In this document: positions 17,981 through 27,683 of the stretch, one piece after another
Layout of the letters: every line of letters starts with the position of its first letter
Numbering within the stretch: the first letter of the stretch is position 1
Assembly: GCA_024274915.1 (NCBI GenBank)
Contig: JAJSAC010000024.1
Coordinates: 5,234-69,233 of the forward strand
From: Thermodesulfobacteriota bacterium
Lineage (GTDB): Bacteria > Thermosulfidibacterota > Thermosulfidibacteria > Thermosulfidibacterales > B14-G1
Length of the DNA: 64,000 bases
Direction: 5' to 3'
Translations under genes and position numbers: made by a program
Notes under the pieces: generated by a model
Told to the model about the DNA's origin: nothing
What the model saw: only the letters and a program-made list of their open reading frames with translations
Database searches by the model: none

Positions 17981-18881
17981 AGATCTGGTGGCCTTGGCGG
18001 ATCTCTCTGGGGAAGAGATCCTGTATCTGCTGGAGACGGCCCAGGCCATGAAAGAGGTGCTCACCAGGGACATAAAGAAGGTTCCCACCCTTAGGGGGAA
18101 AACGGTGGTGAACCTCTTTTTTGAACCCAGCACCAGGACCAGAACCTCCTTTGAGATAGCGGGGAAGAGGCTCTCTGCAGACGTGGTCAACTTTTCGGCG
18201 GCCACCAGCAGCCTTACCAAGGGAGAGACCCTGAAGGACACGGCAAGGAACATAGAGGCCATGGTGGTAGACGCTGTGGTGGTGAGGCATAAGGCCTCGG
18301 GGGCTGTGAGGTATCTGGCCAGGGAACTGGATGTACCTGTGATAAATGCTGGAGATGGGTCTCATGAGCATCCCACTCAGGGACTCTTAGACATTTTTAC
18401 CATTAAGGAGAGGAAGGGCTCAGTAGAGGGTTTGAAGGTGGCCATTGCTGGAGACATCACCCATAGCCGGGTGGCCAGGTCTGACATCCATGGCCTTCTC
18501 AAGTTGGGTTGCCAGGTGGTGGTAGTGGGGCCGCCCACCATGGTTCCTCCTGATGTTGAGAGGTTGGGGGTTTCTGTTTCTTCTTCGGTGGAGGAGGTGT
18601 TGGGGGAGGTGGACGTGGTCATAATGTTGAGGATCCAGATGGAGCGACAAAGCTCTCCCCTTTTCCCTTCCCTGAGGGAGTATTCCAGGTATTTTGGTCT
18701 GAATATGGAGAAACTCAAGGATGTCTCCAGGGACCTCCTGATTATGCACCCGGGCCCTGTGAACTGGGGAGTGGAGCTTTCCCCGGAAGTGGCTTACCAC
18801 CCCAGGAATGTGATCCTGGATCAGGTCACCAACGGGGTGGCTGTGAGGATGGCCGTTCTTTATGCCCTTATAGGGGGGTGA
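17967..18881 (+). CDS. pyrB: Aspartate carbamoyltransferase catalytic subunit
   Basis: Motifs [23 protein letters not shown] and HPGP. Confidence 0.95.
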   Translation: MLRGRDLVALADLSGEEILYLLETAQAMKEVLTRDIKKVPTLRGKTVVNLFFEPSTRTRTSFEIAGKRLSADVVNFSAATSSLTKGETLKDTARNIEAMVVDAVVVRHKASGAVRYLARELDVPVINAGDGSHEHPTQGLLDIFTIKERKGSVEGLKVAIAGDITHSRVARSDIHGLLKLGCQVVVVGPPTMVPPDVERLGVSVSSSVEEVLGEVDVVIMLRIQMERQSSPLFPSLREYSRYFGLNMEKLKDVSRDLLIMHPGPVNWGVELSPEVAYHPRNVILDQVTNGVAVRMAVLYALIGG

Positions 18882-18964
18882 AGACTGATTCTCACGGAAA
18901 TCGGGCAGGCAGGTTTTCCCCCGTGTTAGGTCTTGACAAGATCTCGGAGACCTGGGACTGAGCC

Positions 18965-19462
18965 ATGAGATTCGTGGTGAGAACCCATTCTCCTGAAGAG
19001 ACCAGACTACTGGGGGAGATACTGGCGGATCTGGCAGGGGAGGGGGCCCTATTTGCCCTGGGGGGGGACCTGGGGGCTGGCAAGACCGTCTTCATCCAGG
19101 GGGTTGCCCGGGCCCTGGGGATAGATGAAGTGGTTACCAGTCCGACTTTCACCCTGGTCAATGAGTACCATGGCAGGTGTCCCTTGTATCACGTGGACCT
19201 TTACAGGATGAGTGGACCCGTGGATGTGTGGGACTTGGGTCTGGAAGATTACCTGGAGGGTCGGGGGGTGGTGGCTGTGGAGTGGGCTGACAAGGCCGGT
19301 GAGCTTTTGGATTTACCCCTTGTATGGAAACTCTTCTTCAGCATTTCGGGGAAGGAAGAGAGGGAGATAGAGGTGGTTCCTCCTCCGGAGGTGGAGGTTT
19401 CCAAGTTGAAGGAGGCCCTGACCCTTGGGGGTTTTGAGGTGTTGGAATGGAGGGGATTCTGA
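18965..19462 (+). CDS. tsaE: tRNA t6A37 biosynthesis ATPase TsaE
   Basis: P-loop GGDLGAGKTVFIQG followed by VTSPTFTLVNEY. Confidence 0.9.
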   Translation: MRFVVRTHSPEETRLLGEILADLAGEGALFALGGDLGAGKTVFIQGVARALGIDEVVTSPTFTLVNEYHGRCPLYHVDLYRMSGPVDVWDLGLEDYLEGRGVVAVEWADKAGELLDLPLVWKLFFSISGKEEREIEVVPPPEVEVSKLKEALTLGGFEVLEWRGF

Positions 19463-20307
19463 GGAAGATCAGGATTTACTCTGAAGTGGTGAAGTTACCC
19501 CACACGGTTTTTGCCCTCCCCTTCGCCTTTACAGGGGCTCTGATGGCGGCCCGAGGTGTGCCCTCTTTTTACACCCTTTTCTGGATAGGGGTGGCCATGC
19601 TGGGGGCTAGAACGGGGGCCATGGCCTTCAACCGATGGGCGGACGCCTCTATAGATGCTGCCAACCCTCGAACCCGAGGTAGACCTTTACCCAGGGGAGT
19701 AGTGGGCAAAGGCCAGGTTTTGGCCTTTTCTGTCTTCTCTTACGCTCTGTTGGTTTATGCTGCATATCGCCTCAACCCCCTTTGTTTTAAATTATCTCCC
19801 CTGGCCGTTTTCATTACGGCCTTCTACTCCTATACCAAACGCTTTACGTGGGCTTCCCATCTCATGCTTGGGTTGGCCCTTTCCCTGGCTCCTCTGGGGG
19901 CCTGGATAGCCGTGGCGGGGAGGTTGGAGGTACCGTCTCTTTACTTGGGTTTGGCGGTCCTCTTCTGGGTGGCGGGTTTCGATATCCTGTACGCCCTCCA
20001 GGACCTGGAATTTGATCGGTCTTTTGGGTTGTACTCCATTCCCCAGTACTTGGGAGTAAGGTTTTCTCTGTATCTTTCCCGGGTGTTTCATTGCCTCACT
20101 CTCTTTTTCCTTTTCTTGGCAGGGGAAGGGGGCGGTCTGGGTTGGGTTTATAGGGGGGGATTGGCCTTGGTGGCATTGCTCTTTGTCTATGAGCATTCTC
20201 TGGTGAAGCCTAACGATCTTAGCAAGTTAGACATGGCCTTCTTCAATATGAACGGTTATATCAGCGTATCTGTCTTCTTATTCACCTTCTTGGATATAAT
20301 GTTCTAA
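19447..20307 (+). CDS. UbiA-family aromatic prenyltransferase (4-hydroxybenzoate polyprenyltransferase-like)
   Basis: Polytopic membrane protein with NRWADASIDAANPRTRGRPLP (NxxxDxxxD-type motif) and a second D-rich motif, YALQDLEFD. Confidence 0.8.
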   Translation: MEGILRKIRIYSEVVKLPHTVFALPFAFTGALMAARGVPSFYTLFWIGVAMLGARTGAMAFNRWADASIDAANPRTRGRPLPRGVVGKGQVLAFSVFSYALLVYAAYRLNPLCFKLSPLAVFITAFYSYTKRFTWASHLMLGLALSLAPLGAWIAVAGRLEVPSLYLGLAVLFWVAGFDILYALQDLEFDRSFGLYSIPQYLGVRFSLYLSRVFHCLTLFFLFLAGEGGGLGWVYRGGLALVALLFVYEHSLVKPNDLSKLDMAFFNMNGYISVSVFLFTFLDIMF

Positions 20308-20373
20308 TACTACCCAATTCCATTAAAAACTTTAGGTATTCTCTCTTCTCCCCTTCCTATCATAGGTTCAAAT

Positions 20374-21414
20374 GTGTATAGTGCAAAAAGGATGTTTAGC
20401 AGGATTGGAGTTATTGTGGCAGTTCTGGTTTTGGGGCTGGGCTCCTTTGGACCAGGGGCCTGGGGGGGAGAGGGGTGTCGGATTTTCCTGGTCTTCAGTT
20501 ACCATCCTTCTCTCCCGTGGCACATCAACGCAAGGGAGGGTTTGTTAGACGCCCTTCAAGGTCGGCATTGTCTGTACAGGGCCTTCTACATGGATACCAA
20601 GCGCCATCCAGCGAGGTCTTGGATGGAACAGAAGGCCCAGGATGCTTTGAAAGAGATAGGGAAGTGGAAACCCACGGTGGTGGTCACTTTCGACGATAAT
20701 GCCGCTCGACTTGTGGGGGGAGGCCTTTTAGGTACCTCTGTTCCCGTAGTTTTTCTGGGGGTTAATGCGGAGCCTGAAAATTATGGTTTTGTCAAGGGAA
20801 CCAGGGGGAGACCGGGGACCAACGTCACGGGGGTCTTGGAGAGGCATTACTTTGCCCAGACCTTTAAGCTTTTGAAGGCGTTGGTGCCCAATATAGAGAA
20901 GTGCGCGGTGCTTAGTGATGACAGTTACACCTCCAAGGTGGCCTTGGACCATTGCAGATCTCTAGTGCCTTCTTTTCCTGTGAAGATCGTGGGTTATTAC
21001 ACCTTGGGGACCTTCCGAGGGTGGAAAGAGAAGGTGCTAGAGCTTCAGAAAAGGGTAGATTGCCTCCTTGTCTATAATGCGCTCACTGTGAGGGATTCTA
21101 AAGGGAGGGTGATTTCCGATAGGGAAGTGATCCGCTGGACGGTGGAGCATAGCAGGCTTCCCGATGGAGGGGTTTGGGAGGTCCCTGTCAAGTACGGGTT
21201 GCTGGGTGGGGTGATACTCACGGGCTATTATCAGGGTTATTATGCAGGGCTCAAAGTGAAGGAGATCCTCATGGGTAAAAACCCCGGGGAGATCCCTATT
21301 GAGCGTCCTCCCCGGGGGGAGATTGCCATAAATTTGGCCAGGGCTAGAGTCTTAGGTCTAAGATTGCCCCTGGGGGTTCTTCTCTCTGCCAGGATTTACG
21401 GGGGAAGGTGGTGA
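20374..21414 (+). CDS. Periplasmic ABC-type substrate-binding-like protein (COG2984/ABC_sub_bind-like)
   Basis: Signal peptide (the start may be the ATG at 20392, MFSRIGVIVAVLVL..). General resemblance to an uncharacterised ABC periplasmic component. Overlaps the downstream sensor kinase by 7 nt. Confidence 0.55.
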   Translation: MYSAKRMFSRIGVIVAVLVLGLGSFGPGAWGGEGCRIFLVFSYHPSLPWHINAREGLLDALQGRHCLYRAFYMDTKRHPARSWMEQKAQDALKEIGKWKPTVVVTFDDNAARLVGGGLLGTSVPVVFLGVNAEPENYGFVKGTRGRPGTNVTGVLERHYFAQTFKLLKALVPNIEKCAVLSDDSYTSKVALDHCRSLVPSFPVKIVGYYTLGTFRGWKEKVLELQKRVDCLLVYNALTVRDSKGRVISDREVIRWTVEHSRLPDGGVWEVPVKYGLLGGVILTGYYQGYYAGLKVKEILMGKNPGEIPIERPPRGEIAINLARARVLGLRLPLGVLLSARIYGGRW

Positions 21415-23672
21415 GGAGGGGGCTCATCTTTGCCTCTGGGGTGGTGTTCGTTTTGGTTTTGGTGTTCTTCGTGGGCATTCATCTCCTCTTGGTGGATTAT
21501 CGTAAAGGGGCGGAGGAGCTGGCCAGGAGGAAGGGAGAGATGGTGGTGCGGGAGGTGGCCATTAATGTGGGGCATCTCATTGATGAACGTATAGATACGG
21601 TGGGGGTGTTGAGCCGCACTCTCTTCCCCCTTTTCTTGGAAGGGAAGATTTCTGAGAAGGAGTTGGACAAAGGGGTGGATCTCCACATACGCTATGGAGG
21701 GGGTGTGGCCAATATCCAATTCTTCGATAAGGGTGGGGTGGTGGTTTGGGGGTATCCTTCTTCTAAAGCCATGCTGGGTTTGAGGCTGGATAGGGATCTG
21801 ATGTCCAGGGAGTTCTTTAAGCTGTTTTCTAACTGTATTGAGAGGGAAAAGAGAATAGTCCGGGTGATAGAGACCCTTTTCCTTGATCCCAACTCCATGC
21901 GATTGGATCATGAGCCTCTATTGGTGGTGATGTATCCAGTGACCGTTGAGATGGAGGGTACCAGTAGGATGAAAGGTGTCATCATGGCCTCCTTCGACTT
22001 GGGAAAGATAGTTAAGAGGAGCTTTGGTAAGGTGTTGTTTTCCCCGTGGCAGATGGCTTTGTTTGGGGAAGGGGGAAGGCTTATCTGGAGCAGGGGGGAG
22101 GGGAAGTTTGGTGGTTTTACCCAAGGGAATGGGGGCGTCATTAGAGTAGGAATGCCTTTAAAGGTGGGGGATCAGAAGTGGAGGGTGGTGGTCGCCATTT
22201 CGAAGAGGGAGGTGGAGGAGGGTATAGTCTCTTTTTACAGGAAAGTGGAAGGGCTGATCATATCCTTTCTAGTGGTGTTGGGTCTTTCCCTGTTCTCTGT
22301 TTTTAGAGAGGTTAGGAGGGGCTACAGGGCTTTGGCCCTTTCTGAAGATCGTTTTCGAACCCTGGTGGAGGGGATGAAGGAGGTGTTCTACGTTAGGGAT
22401 GAGGAGGGAGGATTCTCGTATGTGAGCCCCCGGGCGGGGGAGAAGCTGGGAGTTTCCCAGAAGGAGCTGGAGGAGACTATAGCCTCTATTTGTCCTTTTG
22501 ATGGGGAGGTTACCGTGGAGATGGGAGATAGGGTGCTGGCCGTTAAGGAGAAGGGCAGGTACGGTTTGGTGAGGGACATAACTACAGAATGTCAGCTTAC
22601 CCGGGATTTAGAAAGGGAGAGGAGTTTCTTAGACAGCATGGTTTCCGCTTTGGGCGCAGGGGTGATGGTGGTGGATGGAGAGAGAAGGGTGGTGTGGATG
22701 AACACCTATCTCAAAGAGATGTACAAGCTGGAGGGAGAGGTTGGGGGAACTCCCTGTTACACCCTCTTTTTTAGTAGAAGGAGTCCCTGTCCAGCATGTT
22801 ACATGGAGTCCCTTCTCTCTGGAGATGGGGCCCAGGAAGAGCGTGTGATGAGTTATCACGTGCCTTTGCTTGATGAAGAGAGGCAATTTTTCGTGAAGAC
22901 CCAGAAGGTTAGAATGGAGGGTAAAGACAGGATAGTGGTCCTTTACCAGGACATTACGGAGATGAAACTCATGGAGGAGCAGGTCTACTTCATGGATAAA
23001 CTCTCATCCCTTGGGAAGCTGGCGGCTTCTGTTGCCCACGAACTCAGTACCCCCCTCTTCGTGACAACCACCAACCTGGAGATGGTGCTCAGAAAGGAGA
23101 GACTTACACCGTCGGCAAAAAGGCTCTTGGAGCTTTCTGCCGAGGAATTGAAGAGATCCGTCCTCCTTCTTCAGAGATTGAGGTGGATCTATAGACCTGT
23201 ATCCATGGAGAAGGAGAAGGTCCGCATTGACCAGGTATTGAAGGATATGGCGGCTGTTCTCAGGACCTATGCCAGGGAGCGCAAGGTGGGTCTGAATCTG
23301 GAGATTGCTCCTGTTGAACCTTTCTTTGGGTATAAAGGTCCCCTCATGCAGGTCCTTTTGAATCTGGTCACCAATGCCGTGGAGGCCTCTCCCCAGGGTG
23401 GGGAGGTGACCATAAGGGCCGAGGAAGAGAGGGGAGAGCTGGTCCTCACGGTTAGAGATAGGGGCATGGGTATATCCGAGGGGATGTTGGACCAAATCTT
23501 CAAGCCCTTTGTCACCTCCAAGGGAGTGAGGGGGGCAGGTTTGGGGCTTCATCTGAGTTACAAAATGGTGGAGGGTATGGGGGGGGCCATAGAGGTGGAG
23601 AGCCGAGAAGGAGAGGGGTCCATCTTTAGGGTGAGGCTGCCTATGGAGAGGGGTGATGGGTGTGAAGGGTAG
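21408..23672 (+). CDS. Sensor histidine kinase (TM, periplasmic sensor domain, PAS x2, HisKA, HATPase)
   Basis: H-box SVAHELSTPL, N-box LLNLVTNAVEA, G-boxes DRGMGI and GAGLGL. Confidence 0.85.
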   Translation: MVRRGLIFASGVVFVLVLVFFVGIHLLLVDYRKGAEELARRKGEMVVREVAINVGHLIDERIDTVGVLSRTLFPLFLEGKISEKELDKGVDLHIRYGGGVANIQFFDKGGVVVWGYPSSKAMLGLRLDRDLMSREFFKLFSNCIEREKRIVRVIETLFLDPNSMRLDHEPLLVVMYPVTVEMEGTSRMKGVIMASFDLGKIVKRSFGKVLFSPWQMALFGEGGRLIWSRGEGKFGGFTQGNGGVIRVGMPLKVGDQKWRVVVAISKREVEEGIVSFYRKVEGLIISFLVVLGLSLFSVFREVRRGYRALALSEDRFRTLVEGMKEVFYVRDEEGGFSYVSPRAGEKLGVSQKELEETIASICPFDGEVTVEMGDRVLAVKEKGRYGLVRDITTECQLTRDLERERSFLDSMVSALGAGVMVVDGERRVVWMNTYLKEMYKLEGEVGGTPCYTLFFSRRSPCPACYMESLLSGDGAQEERVMSYHVPLLDEERQFFVKTQKVRMEGKDRIVVLYQDITEMKLMEEQVYFMDKLSSLGKLAASVAHELSTPLFVTTTNLEMVLRKERLTPSAKRLLELSAEELKRSVLLLQRLRWIYRPVSMEKEKVRIDQVLKDMAAVLRTYARERKVGLNLEIAPVEPFFGYKGPLMQVLLNLVTNAVEASPQGGEVTIRAEEERGELVLTVRDRGMGISEGMLDQIFKPFVTSKGVRGAGLGLHLSYKMVEGMGGAIEVESREGEGSIFRVRLPMERGDGCEG

Positions 23673-24249
23673 AGTTCTGATAATCGATGACGACGGGCTT
23701 TTGAGAGAGGCCCTGGCCTCTTACCTGGGGGGGGAGGGCTACGAGGTGGATACTGCCTCCTCTGTTTCCGAGGCCCTGGAGTCTCTCAAGACCTTTGAGC
23801 CCCATGTTGCTTTGTTAGACCTCTTGCTGGGGGGGGAAGATGGTCTGGACTTCTTAAAAGTGGTGGCCCAGGAGAGGGTCCCGTGCGATGTGGTTATCCT
23901 CACTGGGCATGGTTCTCTGGAGACTGCAGTGGAGGCTATGAGGCTGGGTTGTAGGGACTACCTCCTCAAACCCGTGGACAGGGAAGACCTCCTTTCCAGG
24001 TTGGAAGTGATTCTGGAGGAGCGCTCTTTCAGAGAGGGGGAGGGTACGGTCATACCGGTGTGTTGCGTCTGTGGAAAGGTGAGGGATGAGAGCAATAGAT
24101 GGATGGACCTTGCCCAGTACATGATGCTCTATCTGGGGGTTTTGATGAGTCATACTTACTGCCCCGACTGTTTTGTGAAAGAGATGGGGAGACTCTCCCC
24201 CGGGGGGTTACCCCATGAGGAGGACGGAGGTCTTCCAGATAAAGGGTGA
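23653..24249 (+). CDS. Response regulator: receiver domain + C-terminal Cys-rich module
   Basis: REC motifs (LIIDDD, LLDLLLGGEDG, LLKP). The C-terminus is VCCVCGKVRDESNRWMDL..HTYCPDCF. Confidence 0.85.
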   Translation: MMGVKGRVLIIDDDGLLREALASYLGGEGYEVDTASSVSEALESLKTFEPHVALLDLLLGGEDGLDFLKVVAQERVPCDVVILTGHGSLETAVEAMRLGCRDYLLKPVDREDLLSRLEVILEERSFREGEGTVIPVCCVCGKVRDESNRWMDLAQYMMLYLGVLMSHTYCPDCFVKEMGRLSPGGLPHEEDGGLPDKG

Positions 24250-24885
24250 AATGAGGTTAAAGCCCCCAAGGAGGAGAAAGAGAACCAGGATCAAGAGGCC
24301 GTAGGGCTCCAGCCTGGCGTAGCTTCCAGCCCAGGAGGGCGGCAGGATGCCCGCTACTATCCTTCCTCCGTCCAGGGGGGGGATGGGGATGAGGTTAAAG
24401 AAACCAAGGGCCACGTTGATGATGATGCCTGTGCCCAGCATGAGGAAGACAGGAACATAGAAGTATTGGGCCCCTTGGAGGTGGGGAAGGCTACCCGAGT
24501 TCAGAAAAGAGATGAGGTATGCGGGTAAAAGGGGGTTGAAGCCTGTCAGGAGCCTGAAGGGTAGGGCAAGGAGGAGGGCCAGAAGGAAATTGGTGGTGGG
24601 TCCTGCCAAGGCTATCCACATCATGTCCCTTCTGGGGTTTTTCAAGTTCCATGGGTTGACTGGTACAGGTTTCGCCCAACCAATGAATCTGGTGATAACG
24701 AAGACCAAAAGGCCCAGGGGGTCCAGGTGGCGCAGGGGGTTGAGGGTGAGTCTTCCTGCATCCTTGGCCGTGGTGTCCCCCATTTTGTAGGCCACGTATC
24801 CATGGGAAACCTCGTGGCATGTTATGGAGAAGAGGAGGGGGGGAGCGGCTATGGCTATCTGTTGTATGGTGGATTCAATCCCCAT
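24208..24885 (-). CDS. Site-2 protease family (M50) membrane metalloprotease
   Basis: HEVSHGYVA (HExxH) in TM1 and a LNPLRHLDPLG motif. Polytopic. Confidence 0.85.
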   Translation of the reverse strand: MGIESTIQQIAIAAPPLLFSITCHEVSHGYVAYKMGDTTAKDAGRLTLNPLRHLDPLGLLVFVITRFIGWAKPVPVNPWNLKNPRRDMMWIALAGPTTNFLLALLLALPFRLLTGFNPLLPAYLISFLNSGSLPHLQGAQYFYVPVFLMLGTGIIINVALGFFNLIPIPPLDGGRIVAGILPPSWAGSYARLEPYGLLILVLFLLLGGFNLISPFIWKTSVLLMG

Positions 24886-25765
24886 AGAAGAGGGCGTCCT
24901 TTTCCGAAGGAGAGGTGTAAAGGATGAGTTTTCCCCTATCTTCCAGGTGCACTACGCCCAGAACGAGCTCCTTCAGTACTTGGAGGAATAGGGCTTCAGA
25001 GGCGTGGAGGTGGTGGAGGGCCTTTATGGCCAGGATGGGAGTCCAAGAAGGGAACCTCACCAGACACAGGGTTTCCCTGTTGGCCACCTGGATGATGTTT
25101 TCCAGGGATTCCTTATCGGGGATGTCGTCTACGTACAGGATGTCGGCTTCCAGAAATTGGCTCTGAATTATGCCCTGGGCCATGTTTTCCACATCTACCT
25201 TCACTTCCCTCTGGATCACCACCGATTTTTTGTTGTTTAGGAGGTACCTCAGGGGCTTTTCCACTGTGTAGATGACCCGGTTCTTGGTGTCGTTCACGTG
25301 TTTCAATGCGGCATAGATGACATCGGATACTCCGTCCGTGTCGCTTCCCGTGAACAGTATAACGCCTGTCCTTGCCTCCAGGAGTTCCAGCAGACCCTTC
25401 AAGGTTTCGGCCTCGGGCACTACCTCTCGAAGGAGGGGGATACGGGAAGGGGTCCTCTCAATAAAGATCACAGGGGTCCCCCTCTGGATGATAAAGTTCA
25501 CCCGAATCCTGCCCAGCTCCTGGTTGGAGATGGTGAAGGTTCCATCGCTGGCCTTGGATGAGCCCATGATTATCTGGTAGTTGGCCATGGTGGCAAGCCC
25601 GCTGAGGGTGTCTCTTACGTCTTGGGGGGAGGCGATGCTGGTGGGGTCTGTAGGGGCCATGTATTTTCCTATCTTCATGAGAATGGGAGATTTGGGCACC
25701 AGCAGGACCTTCTGAGCCTTCCCCGACTGTAATATAGTGAGTATTTGGGGTACTAGGTTCATCAA
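24875..25765 (-). CDS. PilT-like protein with all ATPase motifs degenerate (pseudo-ATPase)
   Basis: Collinear with PilT, but Walker A GPTGSGKS is GSDTDGVS, Walker B GEMRD is VDDIPD and the His-box GTLHT is VRFPS. Confidence 0.75.
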   Translation of the reverse strand: MMNLVPQILTILQSGKAQKVLLVPKSPILMKIGKYMAPTDPTSIASPQDVRDTLSGLATMANYQIIMGSSKASDGTFTISNQELGRIRVNFIIQRGTPVIFIERTPSRIPLLREVVPEAETLKGLLELLEARTGVILFTGSDTDGVSDVIYAALKHVNDTKNRVIYTVEKPLRYLLNNKKSVVIQREVKVDVENMAQGIIQSQFLEADILYVDDIPDKESLENIIQVANRETLCLVRFPSWTPILAIKALHHLHASEALFLQVLKELVLGVVHLEDRGKLILYTSPSEKDALFYGD

Positions 25766-25782
25766 TTACCTCCCGGGTTTTA

Positions 25783-27150
25783 TCACAAGATATACCTGCT
25801 TAGGTCTTCGTCTTTGATGATTTCTTCTAGCCTCGAACGCACATAAGGTACATCTATAGTAATCTCTCTGCCTGTCAAGTCTGGGGCGTGGAAGGAGAGG
25901 TCCTCCAGGAGCTTCTCCATCACGGTATAGAGACGCCTGGCCCCTATGTTTTCCATCCTCTCGTTGAGTCTTACGGCGATGTCTGCCAGCTCTTCAATGG
26001 CATCTTGGGTGAATTCCAGCTTTATTCCCTCTGTAGCCATCAGGGCTTTGTACTGTTTGATTAGGGCGTTCTCAGGTTCTGTTAGTATCCTCACAAAGTC
26101 CCTTTTGTTAAGGCTTTTAAGCTCCACCCTGATGGGGAAACGCCCCTGAAGTTCGGGAATGAGATCCGAGGGTTTGGTGACATGGAAGGCTCCGGCGGCT
26201 ATGAATAGGATATGGTCCGTCTTTACCATGCCGTACTTGGTGGCCACGGTGGTTCCTTCCACTATGGGGAGGAGGTCCCTTTGGACTCCCTCCCGGGAAA
26301 CGTCGGGGCCATGGCCGCTTTCTCTGCCTGCTATCTTGTCGATTTCGTCTAGGAACACGATACCTGTGTTTTCCACCCTCTATATGGCCTCCCTCACCAC
26401 TTGATCCATGTCTATGAGGCGCTGGGCTTCTTCTTCCGTAAAGATATCTAAGGCCTCGGGCACTTTAACCCTTCTCTTTTTGTACCGTTTGGGGAAGAGG
26501 TTGCCTAAAAAGTCCTTGAAGTTTATGTCCATGTCTTCCAGGCCCGATGAACTGATGATTTCTACGGCGGGCATGGCGCTTTTCTCTTCTGTTTCTATCT
26601 CCACCGTTCGATCGTCCAGTTTACCCTGGTGCAGCATATCCCGGAACTTTTCCCTGGTCCTTTTATACTGTTCCCTTGCCTCTTCTTCCTGGGTGGTGAG
26701 GGGATGGCCCCTTCGCTTTTCTATGGGGGGTGGGGGAATGAGGAGGTCCAGGAGCCTCTCTTCGGCATTGCTTCTGGCCCGTTCCTTTACCCTTTCTGCG
26801 GCCTCTCCCTTCACCATTTGAACGGCCAGTTTGGTGAGGTCCCTGATAATGGATTCTACGTCCCGGCCTACGTATCCCACCTCGGTGAACTTGGAGGCCT
26901 CCACTTTTATGAAGGGGGCTCTCGCCAAGCGGGCCAGGCGGCGGGCGATCTCTGTTTTCCCCACTCCCGTGGGTCCCATCATGATGATATTTTTGGGTAG
27001 GACTTCTTCTTTCAGGTGGAGGGGGAGCTGTTGCCGTCTCCACCGATTTCTCAAGGCTATTGCTACGGCTTTTTTAGCCTCTTCTTGACCGATGATGTAT
27101 CTGTCTAAGGCTTCTACGATCTCTTTGGGGGTGAAGCATTCCACCATCAC
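25783..27150 (-). pseudogene. hslU: HslU (ClpY) AAA+ ATPase interrupted by a single in-frame TAG at 26380-26382
   Basis: Track ORFs 26380..27150 (N-terminal, [15 protein letters not shown]) and 25783..26376 (C-terminal, [13 protein letters not shown]...DEDLSRYIL) are in the same frame. Read through, the junction is ...[23 protein letters not shown]. Confidence 0.85.
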
Positions 27151-27683
27151 AGTTCCTCCACGATCACTTCTCGATTGGTGTATATGCAGATGCTGGAGGC
27201 TATGCGTAAGGCCTCCAGGGCGATCTCCCTGGGGGACAGCTGGGTGTGGGTGATGAGGGCCCGGGCGGCCGCCAGGGCATAGGGTCCCCCCGAGCCGATG
27301 GCCATCACTCCGTCGTCGGGTTCTATCACGTCCCCCGTGCCCGATATGAGGAAAGAGTTCTCTTGGTCTGCCGCTATGATGAAGGCTTCAAGACGTCTCA
27401 AGGCCCTGTCCGTCCTCCAGTCCTTGGCCAGTTCCACGGCGGCTCTGGCCAGATTGCCACTGTAGCCCTGAAGCTTTTCTTCCAGGCGGACCAGGAGGGT
27501 GAGGGCATCAGCCGAGGCACCAGCAAACCCCACTATGACCTTGTCCTGGAAGATCTTTCTCACCTTTTTTGCCTTTGCTTTGATCACTGTATTGCCTAAA
27601 GTCACCTGTCCGTCCCCGGCTACGGCCACTTTGTTCCCTTTTCTCACGGCTACGATGGTGGTACCCTTCAATTCCGTCATCAC
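27147..27683 (-). CDS. hslV: HslV (ClpQ) peptidase subunit
   Basis: The N-terminus is [21 protein letters not shown] (catalytic Thr after the leader). 178 aa. Confidence 0.95.
   Translation of the reverse strand: MMTELKGTTIVAVRKGNKVAVAGDGQVTLGNTVIKAKAKKVRKIFQDKVIVGFAGASADALTLLVRLEEKLQGYSGNLARAAVELAKDWRTDRALRRLEAFIIAADQENSFLISGTGDVIEPDDGVMAIGSGGPYALAAARALITHTQLSPREIALEALRIASSICIYTNREVIVEEL

Noticed and set aside
26380-26382. The TAG in hslU as programmed recoding, such as pyrrolysine or genome-wide reassignment.
   Set aside because: TAG serves as the ordinary terminator of neighbouring genes (the NHL gene at 5497-5499 and pyrR at 17978-17980). No pyl genes or recoding element is seen. A mutation or a sequencing error is more parsimonious.
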